Counted from the first letter of the stretch, positions 51,477 to 60,858 are shown. The stretch: 64,000 nt of DNA from Bdellovibrionales bacterium (GCA_031370005.1 JANMPT010000097.1:64001-128000), one strand, 5' to 3'. A program made the numbers and translations. Notes: a model not told the origin generated them from the sequence alone.

Positions 51477-51977
51477 TTACTTCATCATGACCGCAAAACG
51501 AATATCGCTAAAACCTGCGTGTGATGCCGCAAGAATAATTTGGTTTAACCTCTCATATTTTAGTCGACGATCCCCTTGAATCATCAGAATTCCGGGATAT
51601 TCTTCTCCAGGATGACTTTCAGCATATTGTTTACGCATGTCTAAAAGCGCGCCGACCAATGAGTCTTGAGTTAGCTCTTTTGATTCAAGATAAATTTTTC
51701 CGTCTTCCAACTTTACAACTGGATTTCTTTCAAGAACATCTGCGCGGGAAGCTTTTGGAAGCTCTTGGCCCTTGCTAAGATAGAGCATGTCACCCGTGCT
51801 GGAAAAGCTCATCAATAAAAAGATAACTAAAATTGAAAAGGCATCTATCAAAGCAGTTAATAGAAGATCAGCGACAATACTGCGCTTCCACTTGCCATGC
51901 TTTGGCTTAATCAAGGACTGCGACTCAATCATCGATTGCAGAGCTGTTTCGTGAAGTACACTTTGACTAGCTAACAT
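51477..51977 (-). CDS. ExbD/TolR-family protein, AglS-like
   Basis: TM with conserved Asp (LTALIDAFSIL), ELPKA, QGDRR. Confidence 0.88.
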   Translation of the reverse strand: MLASQSVLHETALQSMIESQSLIKPKHGKWKRSIVADLLLTALIDAFSILVIFLLMSFSSTGDMLYLSKGQELPKASRADVLERNPVVKLEDGKIYLESKELTQDSLVGALLDMRKQYAESHPGEEYPGILMIQGDRRLKYERLNQIILAASHAGFSDIRFAVMMK

Positions 51978-51988
51978 GAAGTCCCCTC

Positions 51989-52444
51989 CTACAATGGAGC
52001 CACGCCTAAATCTGTCAACCCGAGCTTTTTAAACTCATCCATCAGAGCGATAATCTCTTCATAAGAGGATTGCGCTTGAGGTTGAATTAAAGCTGTTTTC
52101 AGACCTGGGTCTTTAGCTGTTAATTGAGTCAAAACTCGATTCATTTCAATAAAGTTCGCATGGCCACCAAGCCCAGCAAGTTTTAAATTCGCTAGAGCCG
52201 ATGGAACCAAAGAAGATTGCTGAACATTGAAAGTAAGCTGTCCATCTTGGCCCATATAAACCCACAACAGAGGCTTTTTAGGAGTTTCTGCCTGAGATTG
52301 ACCACCAACCGCCTGTTTAACATTCATAGATCCAATATGTAACCAAACTGCTGTCAGCAACAAAAAACATATGCACACTGACAATAGGTCAATACAAGGG
52401 ATTAAGTTAATTTCAAAATCTAAGTGTTTATTGTGCCTACGCAT
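51989..52444 (-). CDS. ExbD/TolR-family protein, AglQ-like
   Basis: INLIPCIDLLSVCICFLL with conserved Asp; YEEIIALMD. Confidence 0.88.
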   Translation of the reverse strand: MRRHNKHLDFEINLIPCIDLLSVCICFLLLTAVWLHIGSMNVKQAVGGQSQAETPKKPLLWVYMGQDGQLTFNVQQSSLVPSALANLKLAGLGGHANFIEMNRVLTQLTAKDPGLKTALIQPQAQSSYEEIIALMDEFKKLGLTDLGVAPL

Positions 52445-52456
52445 AAGAACACCTTT

Positions 52457-53170
52457 TTAACTGTTGAGTTCAGCTTGAGTTTTTTCTGAATGCATTGTCG
52501 TAGTCTTGAAATTCTTAAACCCCACTGGTTCGTATGCAAAAGACAACCAGTTGAAGGCCTTTAGAGCACTGTGATTTAGATCATCTGCTAAACGATTCGC
52601 ACGATTTTGCAAAATTGCATAAGCAACCAGTGCAGGAATAGCCGCAATCAATCCAAAAGCCGTCGCATTCATTGCCTCAGAAATGCCGGAAGCAAGAAGC
52701 GCTGCTTTTTCAGAAGGATTTGCATAAGCAACCGCTGCAAACGATTTAATCATACCAGTGATAGTTCCAAGGAGACCCGTCAATGTTGCCACATTGCCTA
52801 ACATAGACAAAAAACCTGTTCTCTGATCAAGAAGAGCATTCTCTGCTATGAGAACTTCGTCCATCTTTCCCTGAATTTCCTCTTTGCCACCCAAGAATTT
52901 AGCAGCTTTTGCACCAGCTACAACAGCACGAGCCACTGGAGAGGTTTGCTCTTGACCGTGTGCTTTTTGAATCACAGCATCAAGCTCACCCCGGCGGACA
53001 TTGTCCTCGAATCCAGCCACAACTGCATGTTGATTCATTTTTCGTTTTATAAATAGCGCGTATGTTCTTTCAATCATGATTGCAATAGAAGCGATCTGTA
53101 TAGCCAAAATTGGCCACATCCAGAAGCCGCCGTGTTCGAAAGCCAGTGCAATCTTTGTAAATAGATCCAT
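52457..53170 (-). CDS. MotA/TolQ/ExbB proton channel, AglR-like
   Basis: GGFWMWPI, TLTGLLGTITGMI, GISEAMNATAFGL. Confidence 0.92.
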   Translation of the reverse strand: MDLFTKIALAFEHGGFWMWPILAIQIASIAIMIERTYALFIKRKMNQHAVVAGFEDNVRRGELDAVIQKAHGQEQTSPVARAVVAGAKAAKFLGGKEEIQGKMDEVLIAENALLDQRTGFLSMLGNVATLTGLLGTITGMIKSFAAVAYANPSEKAALLASGISEAMNATAFGLIAAIPALVAYAILQNRANRLADDLNHSALKAFNWLSFAYEPVGFKNFKTTTMHSEKTQAELNS

Positions 53171-53347
53171 GCTGTTCCCCTCATTATATATGGTCTAAAT
53201 GGTTTACCTAAATCAAAGCAGAACAAATCGTGAAGATTGTGTCATTATTTTTTTTTGATCATCTTAAGATAAAATAAGAAATCGTCACGACATGTCAGAG
53301 TTTCTTATTCATTTACCCTGCTTCTTTCTCGGACTAAAACCGAATTC

Positions 53348-54163
53348 ATGTATGAGTTCATTCTTCTATTTTGTTCGATAGCTGCTGGGTTTTTAGGCTC
53401 TCTTCTTGGTCTTGGTGGAGGCATAATTATTGTCCCGACACTAAGTTTATTGTTCCACGTCAACATACGTTATGCCATTGCTGCGAGTCTTATTTCAATC
53501 GTTGCAACGTCATCAGGAGCTGCCGCAAGTTATCTTAAGGACAACCTTACAAATCTGCGGTTAGCAGTTTTACTAGAGATCGGAACTGTTACTGGTGCTA
53601 TTACAGGATTTTTAATCGCTAAAAAAATCCAAACACATTATTTATTTTTGCTTTTTGGCGTATTCCTTTTCATCTCAACACTTATGACGCTACGCAAGCG
53701 AAGTGAGCATCTTTCGACAAAAAATCATCCATGGTCGCATAAGTTAGGCCTGGCGAGTTCTTTTCCTGATAAAAAAAATGGTGTTCAACATTATAACGTG
53801 GAGCAAGTTCCATTTGGACTCATTGCTATGTATTTTGCTGGCGTGCTCTCATCGCTCTTGGGCATAGGCAGCGGTATTTTTAAGGTTCTTGCCATGGATG
53901 GGGCAATGAAACTTCCAATGAAGGTTTCATCTGCAACCTCTAATTTTATGATCGGCGTCACCGCCACAGCCAGTGCAGGAGCTTTTCTTTTACGTGGAGA
54001 TGTTCGTCCTGAAATTGCGGCCCCAGTTTCCGTCGGCATTATTATAGGCTCCTGGATTGGCGCCCATTATATGGTGAAAATTCCTTCAAATGTGATTCGT
54101 AAAATCTTTGTTGTCGTCCTTGGTGTTGTTTCCATTCAAATGATTATCAAGGGGCTTTCATGA
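53348..54163 (+). CDS. TauE/SafE-family sulfite exporter-like permease
   Basis: Two repeats GSLLGLGGG / SSLLGIGSG; ATSNFMIGVT. Confidence 0.9.
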   Translation: MYEFILLFCSIAAGFLGSLLGLGGGIIIVPTLSLLFHVNIRYAIAASLISIVATSSGAAASYLKDNLTNLRLAVLLEIGTVTGAITGFLIAKKIQTHYLFLLFGVFLFISTLMTLRKRSEHLSTKNHPWSHKLGLASSFPDKKNGVQHYNVEQVPFGLIAMYFAGVLSSLLGIGSGIFKVLAMDGAMKLPMKVSSATSNFMIGVTATASAGAFLLRGDVRPEIAAPVSVGIIIGSWIGAHYMVKIPSNVIRKIFVVVLGVVSIQMIIKGLS

Positions 54164-54546
54164 AAACTGAACAAGCTAACGATGACAATCTACTCAGCCT
54201 CGAATTGAGAATCGCAAAACTTCTGCGCTGGGGGGTACTTGGTGCTGGCACCTTGATGCTTTTTGGCTGGATGAGTATTTTGGATTTCAGTCAAAACCCA
54301 CTTGTAAAATTTCATGACTATAAAGAGCAGAGCCTACAGAACAGCTTGAGGTCCATCGTGGAAAATCATCAGTGGGGGCTCTTAATCGCTTATGCGGGCC
54401 TTGTTCTTTTAATTAGTCTCCCCCTCTTGCGAGTTCTTATGACTGGATTTTTGTTTGTACAACGAAAAGAGCGAATTCTTGCCTTTGCTGCTTTCTTTGT
54501 TTTCGTTTTATTGATTTTGAGTTTTACGCTCGGTATTGAACTCTAA
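54160..54546 (+). CDS. DUF1634-like membrane protein
   Basis: IAKLLRWGV, GLVLLISLPLLRV; ATGA overlap with the TauE gene, its usual partner. Confidence 0.8.
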   Translation: MKTEQANDDNLLSLELRIAKLLRWGVLGAGTLMLFGWMSILDFSQNPLVKFHDYKEQSLQNSLRSIVENHQWGLLIAYAGLVLLISLPLLRVLMTGFLFVQRKERILAFAAFFVFVLLILSFTLGIEL

Positions 54547-54557
54547 GGAGCCTCTTT

Positions 54558-55733
54558 ATGAGAAAAATTATGTTACTTTTGCCTTTTCTAGTTTTGGCCT
54601 GCGCTCAAACACCAAAAAAAGAATATAAATGGGTATCTTTGTCAGAAAATGGATTCACAAGTAACTCAATCACTGTGCTTAAAGAGAATAAGGACTTCCA
54701 AAGCGACAAAGGCTTTGAAAACCTCAAGACCATAAAGCAAGCCCTCCGGGGAAAGAAAACCGCCGATATAAAAAAAATCATTCTTGTCGGTGACACCGGC
54801 TGCCGTCTCAAAGAATCCAGCTTTGGAGATAGCTATCAGAATTGTAAGCACCCTCATGAATGGGTTTATGCATCTGTCATTGAAAAAATCTCTACAGAGA
54901 AACCAGACCTTATTATTCATGTCGGCGACTATCATTACCGTGAGCAATGCAGTGAGGGGAAAATTTGTCGCCAATATACGGACACTGTTGGATACGGTTG
55001 GAGATCATGGGAAGCAGATTTTTTTGCTCCTTCTCAAAAAGGTTTTCAATCTGCACCGTGGATTTTTGTACGCGGAAATCACGAGGACTGCAAACGCGCT
55101 TTTGAGGGATATAAGCTTCTCACAGAGCAACAATGGAAAAACAACTGTATCCCCGCCGAAAAAACTGAGTACATACAAGTTGGCGATCTGCTAATTGTGC
55201 AACTAGATTCATCCTCCGTTAGTGACAAGCCCGAGACACCAGAAAACGAGGCTTTCTGGGAACAACAATTTAAGGATATCGAAAAATCGATTCAATTCAC
55301 AAATGCCAAACAAGTGTGGCTGGTCACTCATAAACCGCTCATCGGTTTAGTGGAAAATTCTAAGGGTGAACTTCAAACAATAAATATGAATCTGCAAAAA
55401 GCATTTGCTAAAACTGGACTTAATAAGAAAATTAAACTCATGATCGCAGGTCATATTCATAATACTCAACTGATAAACACCAAAAACTTCCCGAAACAAC
55501 TCGTGGTTGGCAATAGTGGCACCTCCTTGGACGACCCTTCAGAACTTCAGAATCGAAATAAAATTCTTAAAAAGAAAATCAACGGACTTAAAATCACAGA
55601 TTTTTTTAGTGATACAAAATCTGGTCACAGTTTTGGTTATGCCATAATGACTAAGTCTTCTGACGGCATAAACTGGGAGCTGACATTTAAAGACCTCAAT
55701 GGCAATATAACCTACTCCACACAACTACATTAG
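54558..55733 (+). CDS. Calcineurin-like metallophosphoesterase lipoprotein
   Basis: Lipobox VLAC; GDTGCR, HVGDY, RGNHE, THKP, AGHIH. Confidence 0.88.
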   Translation: MRKIMLLLPFLVLACAQTPKKEYKWVSLSENGFTSNSITVLKENKDFQSDKGFENLKTIKQALRGKKTADIKKIILVGDTGCRLKESSFGDSYQNCKHPHEWVYASVIEKISTEKPDLIIHVGDYHYREQCSEGKICRQYTDTVGYGWRSWEADFFAPSQKGFQSAPWIFVRGNHEDCKRAFEGYKLLTEQQWKNNCIPAEKTEYIQVGDLLIVQLDSSSVSDKPETPENEAFWEQQFKDIEKSIQFTNAKQVWLVTHKPLIGLVENSKGELQTINMNLQKAFAKTGLNKKIKLMIAGHIHNTQLINTKNFPKQLVVGNSGTSLDDPSELQNRNKILKKKINGLKITDFFSDTKSGHSFGYAIMTKSSDGINWELTFKDLNGNITYSTQLH

Positions 55734-55740
55734 GAATACT

Positions 55741-56277
55741 ATGGATGAAATCGAAGTTCCTCTAGAAAATCTTCATGAGGAAATGAGCGAACGCGCAGCC
55801 CATGCCAAAGAAAAATGGTTCTCTCAGGTCGCCCTAAGCTCGGCACTAGTTGCCGTCTTTGCTGCGATCTCCGCCCTTCTGGCTGGCCATCACTCAAATG
55901 AAGCAATGATTGAACAAATCAAAGCCTCTGATAAATGGGCCTACTACCAAGCTAAAGGGATTAAGAGCTCTTTGCTAAACGCCAAGATTGAAATCCTGGC
56001 GGAAATGCACAGGACCGCAAAGGTCGAAGATCATAAAAAAGCAGACGAATATAAAAAACAACAAGAGGAAATTAGCAAAGAGGCCCGCGAAAGAGAAGAG
56101 GCCTCCGAAAAGCACCTTAAGATCCATGAAGTTTATGCAAAATCAGTGACGTTCTTTCAAGTGGCAATTGCGATTGCAGCTATTTCCATTTTAATGAGAC
56201 GTCGTCATTTTTGGTTTTTAAGTCTATTTTTTGGATCTGTAGGGATTGGTTTTTTTATTCAAGCCCTGTTGCTATAA
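55741..56277 (+). CDS. DUF4337-like membrane protein
   Basis: TM, then ASDKWAYYQAKGIK, coiled coil and two C-terminal TMs. Confidence 0.8.
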   Translation: MDEIEVPLENLHEEMSERAAHAKEKWFSQVALSSALVAVFAAISALLAGHHSNEAMIEQIKASDKWAYYQAKGIKSSLLNAKIEILAEMHRTAKVEDHKKADEYKKQQEEISKEAREREEASEKHLKIHEVYAKSVTFFQVAIAIAAISILMRRRHFWFLSLFFGSVGIGFFIQALLL

Positions 56278-56284
56278 ATTCTGA

Positions 56285-56701
56285 CTACTTTGAGCCACCT
56301 GTTAAGGATGACTTTATTTCCACCTCACCTGTGGTTTTTTTTGCGGGTGTAGACTCTAAAGATAGGATACGACGGCTTTTTGCATTAGCTTTAAAACTCA
56401 CCTGCGTTCCTTTTTTCATGCTTTCGTCTAAGGCCTTGTAAATTGAGCTATATTTATTTCCACTTGGAATGTAATAACTATCTTTGAGATCCTTAAAAAA
56501 AACTTCTGTCATCTCGATTTTACGAATAACTCGAACAGTGCCCGATAAAAGCTCTTCATTATCGCTAGCTTTAGGTCTCTCCGTATCAAGAATTGCCTCT
56601 TGATTACCCTCCCCGACCTCTTTAAAATCTGTAGCATTTGGTAAGGCCCGCACACTATCGCATATTAGCAAAACCCCAAGCATGCCCATTAGTAACTTCA
56701 T
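56285..56701 (-). CDS. Secreted hypothetical protein
   Basis: ATG 56701 with AGGAG SD; signal-peptide-like N-terminus. Confidence 0.65.
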   Translation of the reverse strand: MKLLMGMLGVLLICDSVRALPNATDFKEVGEGNQEAILDTERPKASDNEELLSGTVRVIRKIEMTEVFFKDLKDSYYIPSGNKYSSIYKALDESMKKGTQVSFKANAKSRRILSLESTPAKKTTGEVEIKSSLTGGSK

Positions 56702-56799
56702 AACAACTCCTGCAGTTAAAACAGAATAAATCATTGGCTTGTTTTTACTAGGTTCTAGGTGCTTTTTTTAATTTTCCTATGTTAAAGTAGGGACACATT

Positions 56800-58641
56800 A
56801 TGCGTATCCTCCAACTGCTTTCACAAATACAGCCAACCGGGGCAGAAGCCTACGCTATTACCCTAGCCAATTGGCTAACGAATCATGGTCACGATGTGTT
56901 TATCATTTCCGACCGTATTCATGTAAAAACACGGCAACCCTATATTCCCCTGGCGGTTCACGATAAAAACATAAAAACCCGTATTATGAGTACTTTATTC
57001 CTTAGGAAATTTCTAAAACAAAATAAAATTCAAATCATCCACTGTCACTCCAGAGCTGCGGCCAGACTTGCATACTGGGCCACTCAAGGGATGAAAGTTT
57101 CTGTAATTTCAACTATCCACGGTCGCCAGACCACCTCTCTTTCAAAGAAAATTCTTGATATTTATGGACTGAAAAATATTTGTATATGTGAAAATGTCGC
57201 CAACAACCTTTCATCGAAATTAAGAATGAATCACAGAAAGATACGTCTTATTCGCAATCCTGTAGATTCACAAAAATTAGATTTTGTAGAAACCCTGACT
57301 GAAGAGCAAAAAATTGCCTGGGTGGGAAGATTCACCGGGCCTAAAGGTGAGCGAGCACGAGAATTTATTGAGAAATCTGTCCCATTTCTTTTACAAAAGT
57401 TTCAAAATCTTAAAATAGAAATTATTGGCGGAAATCAACAACTTCTCGGCAATGAAACCATGGACCGCGTCTTTGCACTACAAAAAAAATATCCAAAACG
57501 ACTTCGCGTACATTCACACCTTGAGAATCTCGATCAAGAGCTAGAAAACTTTCAAATGGTGCTGGGCGCAGGCCGTGTCGCAATTAGTTCACTAATGCGC
57601 GGAATACCCACCTACGCTATTGGTGAGTACTCAGCTGAAGGTTTAGTGACCGTGGAAAACCTTGACCAGACAATGAAAAGTAACTTTGGTGATATTGGTT
57701 CTGATGGCAAAGCCACGAGTTCTATTGATTTTTTAAAAATGACTGCTGAACTTACTGCTTTTTTGGAGGGACCAAGTCTCCTAAGCGTGACGGAACGCCA
57801 TAAACTTCGGGATGTAATCTTTAGAAACTACGACCAGGATATTGTTTGTAAAAAGATTTTTAACACATACAAATCAGCTCACTTCTTAACGAATCATTCC
57901 GCATCTATTCCCGTTCTAATGTATCACAAAATTCCTGAGCAAAAGTTAGAAAGTAAGCACCGGATTTTTGTCACAAAAAATACATTCGAATCCCATCTTA
58001 AATTTTTTAAAGATCAAGGATTCACCACTCTCATGTTCAAGGATCTTGAGAACTATCGCTCAGGTAAAACAGATTTTAAATATTTTCCTCGAAAGCCACT
58101 AATTCTCACCTTTGATGATGGCTATCTTGACAATCTGACGAATGCAGCTCCACTTTTAAAAAAATATGAAATGAACGCGGTGATTTTTCTTTTAGCTGAC
58201 CATCAACTCAAGTCCAACTCTTGGGACAGTGAGGGAGAAGAAATACCTCAGTCGCTTATGACCTTAGAACAAAAGAAAGAACTCCTCAAATTCAACTATG
58301 AGATTGGCTCTCACGGCTTTAATCACCGCAAAATAACAGAGATGACTGAGCCCGAGGCTATGCATGAGCTTTCTGAATCAAAAAAAGAACTCGAAAAACA
58401 CTTCGGGCCGATTTCCACCTACGCTTTCACCTATGGCATCACCAGTCCACGTGCGGCGGAGCTTGCCGAGGAGATCGGATATAATTTTGCTGTAAATACG
58501 GACTCTGGAGGTCTTCACCATGAAGAAAACCCCTTTGCCATTTTCCGCATTAATATATTCCCCGAAGATGGGCCCACCCAACTTCGAAAGAAAACCTCAT
58601 CATGGTACCGTAAGTACTTTTATTTGAAACGCGGACGCTGA
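56800..58641 (+). CDS. Fusion of a GT4-family glycosyltransferase and a CE4/NodB polysaccharide deacetylase
   Basis: TGAEAY, IIHCHSR, STIHG, IRNPVD, WVGR in the N-terminal part; PVLMYH, LTFDDGY, IGSHGFNH in the C-terminal part. Confidence 0.88.
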   Translation: MRILQLLSQIQPTGAEAYAITLANWLTNHGHDVFIISDRIHVKTRQPYIPLAVHDKNIKTRIMSTLFLRKFLKQNKIQIIHCHSRAAARLAYWATQGMKVSVISTIHGRQTTSLSKKILDIYGLKNICICENVANNLSSKLRMNHRKIRLIRNPVDSQKLDFVETLTEEQKIAWVGRFTGPKGERAREFIEKSVPFLLQKFQNLKIEIIGGNQQLLGNETMDRVFALQKKYPKRLRVHSHLENLDQELENFQMVLGAGRVAISSLMRGIPTYAIGEYSAEGLVTVENLDQTMKSNFGDIGSDGKATSSIDFLKMTAELTAFLEGPSLLSVTERHKLRDVIFRNYDQDIVCKKIFNTYKSAHFLTNHSASIPVLMYHKIPEQKLESKHRIFVTKNTFESHLKFFKDQGFTTLMFKDLENYRSGKTDFKYFPRKPLILTFDDGYLDNLTNAAPLLKKYEMNAVIFLLADHQLKSNSWDSEGEEIPQSLMTLEQKKELLKFNYEIGSHGFNHRKITEMTEPEAMHELSESKKELEKHFGPISTYAFTYGITSPRAAELAEEIGYNFAVNTDSGGLHHEENPFAIFRINIFPEDGPTQLRKKTSSWYRKYFYLKRGR

Positions 58642-58668
58642 GTAATATTAAAAAATAAGTAAGTAGCT

Positions 58669-58956
58669 CTATTTAAATTCTGAAAAATAAAATGCTAAAT
58701 CCTGAATATCCTGCTCGCTTAAGTTTTGTGCCAGTGGATTCATTAAGGGATCCACTCGTTCTCCCTTTTTGAATGCATGTAATTGTTTTACTAAATAATC
58801 TTTCTTTTGCCCTGCCAAGTTAGGCCACATTGGATTTGTACTTATGCCACTGACTCCATGACAAGCAATACAGTTAGCAGCTATACCAGCCATATTTTCT
58901 TTGGTTTCCGCAAAAGATTGAATAGCTAATAAAAAAATTAGAAAAAAATACTTCAT
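58669..58956 (-). CDS. Periplasmic monoheme cytochrome c (c553/c4-half type)
   Basis: Signal peptide from ATG 58956 (AGGAG SD), CIACH, PNLAGQ, YLVKQL, axial Met in DPLM. Confidence 0.92.
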   Translation of the reverse strand: MKYFFLIFLLAIQSFAETKENMAGIAANCIACHGVSGISTNPMWPNLAGQKKDYLVKQLHAFKKGERVDPLMNPLAQNLSEQDIQDLAFYFSEFK

Positions 58957-58958
58957 AA

Positions 58959-59630
58959 CTACTCCTGCAAGGCTCCACTTTCTAACCACGATCTAATTAA
59001 TTCACGATCTTCATCACTCACTTGACTACACATTGGCATATCTTTTTTAACCACAACTCGACCCATCAGTCGATTGCGTTTTTCAAATGCTACTTTATAA
59101 TCCATCCAATTAGGTAGACCCGAATCCATACTGTGGCAAAATGTGCAATTCTTCTCAAAAATTGGACGGATATCTTTATTGTAAGTTAAAATTGGGCCGT
59201 TAACTGGCTGACTTGATTGAGCTGGAGCTGATACTGTTGGAGCTTGCTGCCTAGTCACAGGCCCTTTGAGGGCTCCTCCACTTAGCCATTTTCCAATTAA
59301 TTTTCTTTCATCATCTGAAAGTCCACCGCCTAAAGGCATATCTTTCTTCACAATGACTCGATCATATAAACGATCTCTCTTCGCAAATGCCACTGAGTAG
59401 TCTTGCCAATCTGGCAAAGTCCCGCCAGGAACATGGCAATTTGCACACGTTCTTTTAAAAATCGGTTTTACATCTGCAAAAGTCACTTCATTGGATGAGC
59501 CACTGCTCTGACCGGGCTTACCTTGAAGCCCACTATTTGAACTTGATAAGGGCATATGATCGCCATTTCCACACGCAGATAAAATCAAAACTGTGCTTGT
59601 AATTAAAATTTTTGATAACAATAGTCTCAT
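58959..59630 (-). CDS. Diheme c-type cytochrome lipoprotein made of two duplicated monoheme domains
   Basis: Lipobox LSAC from ATG 59630; CANCH and CTFCH, each followed by KKDMP and IxxWLxxGA. Confidence 0.85.
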   Translation of the reverse strand: MRLLLSKILITSTVLILSACGNGDHMPLSSSNSGLQGKPGQSSGSSNEVTFADVKPIFKRTCANCHVPGGTLPDWQDYSVAFAKRDRLYDRVIVKKDMPLGGGLSDDERKLIGKWLSGGALKGPVTRQQAPTVSAPAQSSQPVNGPILTYNKDIRPIFEKNCTFCHSMDSGLPNWMDYKVAFEKRNRLMGRVVVKKDMPMCSQVSDEDRELIRSWLESGALQE

Positions 59631-59646
59631 AACTTTCTCCCAGATT

Positions 59647-60858
59647 CTAAATCCACAGATGAAACAACACATAGGTCATGTCAACCGAACCGCGTACGGC
59701 TCCCACTTCTGTAATTCCAGGCCGAGTTGAAAATGCCTTTTCGTAACGAACATTAATGTCCATATTGCTGTTTACATAATGCTTAAATCCATATGCATAC
59801 TTATAAAAAGCGTCCGCACTCCAGTTTATATCAGGAATAAATTGTTCTTGCTTGTAAACAAGAATCCAGCGAGAGGTTAACTCATAATTCAACTGTAAAC
59901 TCCCGCTCAGAGAACGACTGTCCACAAGAGCATCTGACCAAGCCGTGTCCGTCGTTGGCAAAAAATACATACTCATATTTGCGTTCAAGTTTGTATTGTT
60001 CCAGCCATGGGCCGAAACCAGTTCTGCCAAAATAGACCCGCGCACTTTTGCATTTGTATACTTATCTGTCGCAATGACTGCAAACAATGAAGCGGCTTCA
60101 AGTGGATACTTAAGTGTTTGAGTTCCTGCCGTCGTATAACTTGCGCCCATAAAAAAAGGTTCACGAAATGGATTCCATCTAAAATTTGCGAAAAAACCCC
60201 ATGGGCTGTCATTTGTCGCCAGCGCACTTCCACCTGACTGAAGTCCACTTGTCAATGCGAGGTCGTAGTGAAACCGAACATCTGGATCTCCTGCAAGAGC
60301 GACTCCTCCTTCATAATCCATAATTGTGGTTTTAGAAACTAGCCTCGTGTAAGTTCGATGCTCATCTGTTGCCAAACCAAAGGCAGGTTGGAATCGACCG
60401 AGTACTAAGTAACTCAGCGGATTGTCCTCAGGTCCCTTACCCATTGTGAACAAAATATAAGAATCCCTTAAGCCTTGATCCAACATGCCTAAACCATAAG
60501 AAGCAATCAGTGAAACTTTTTCCACTTCAGATTCTTGATCTTTGATCACAGGAACGTGCACAGAAGGGGTTGTGCTCATTAAAATCAAGCCCTTGCGCGT
60601 GGCTGAAGGGCTTTTCGAATAAGCAATTTCAGCTCTGTAATCTACTTGAAACCATTCTTGATTTGAAAGGGCTGATGGCCAGTAATCGCGCGATCCATAG
60701 AGTTTACCTTGAATCTTTCGTATGCCACCACCAAAAGGACTTTCATGGCACATCGTGCAACTTACATAAGTGTGTTGAGCAGCATACTCAGGGCGAGCCC
60801 AAGATAAGGATAAAATTAAATTTAAAAAAATAAATATAAAAACACTATTTACTCTCAT
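59647..60858 (-). CDS. Putative cytochrome c-porin fusion with Cyc2-like architecture
   Basis: Signal peptide, then RPEYAAQHTYVSCTMCH; beta-barrel-like remainder (LGRFQPAFG, FHYDLAL, LQLNYEL, INVRYE) ending YVLFHLWI. Confidence 0.72.
   Translation of the reverse strand: MRVNSVFIFIFLNLILSLSWARPEYAAQHTYVSCTMCHESPFGGGIRKIQGKLYGSRDYWPSALSNQEWFQVDYRAEIAYSKSPSATRKGLILMSTTPSVHVPVIKDQESEVEKVSLIASYGLGMLDQGLRDSYILFTMGKGPEDNPLSYLVLGRFQPAFGLATDEHRTYTRLVSKTTIMDYEGGVALAGDPDVRFHYDLALTSGLQSGGSALATNDSPWGFFANFRWNPFREPFFMGASYTTAGTQTLKYPLEAASLFAVIATDKYTNAKVRGSILAELVSAHGWNNTNLNANMSMYFLPTTDTAWSDALVDSRSLSGSLQLNYELTSRWILVYKQEQFIPDINWSADAFYKYAYGFKHYVNSNMDINVRYEKAFSTRPGITEVGAVRGSVDMTYVLFHLWI

Noticed and set aside
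51477..53170. Ordinary Tol-Pal or TonB-ExbBD system
   Set aside because: No tolB, pal or TonB-dependent receptor nearby; two ExbD paralogs plus TPR, GltF- and GltG-like genes fit Agl-Glt.
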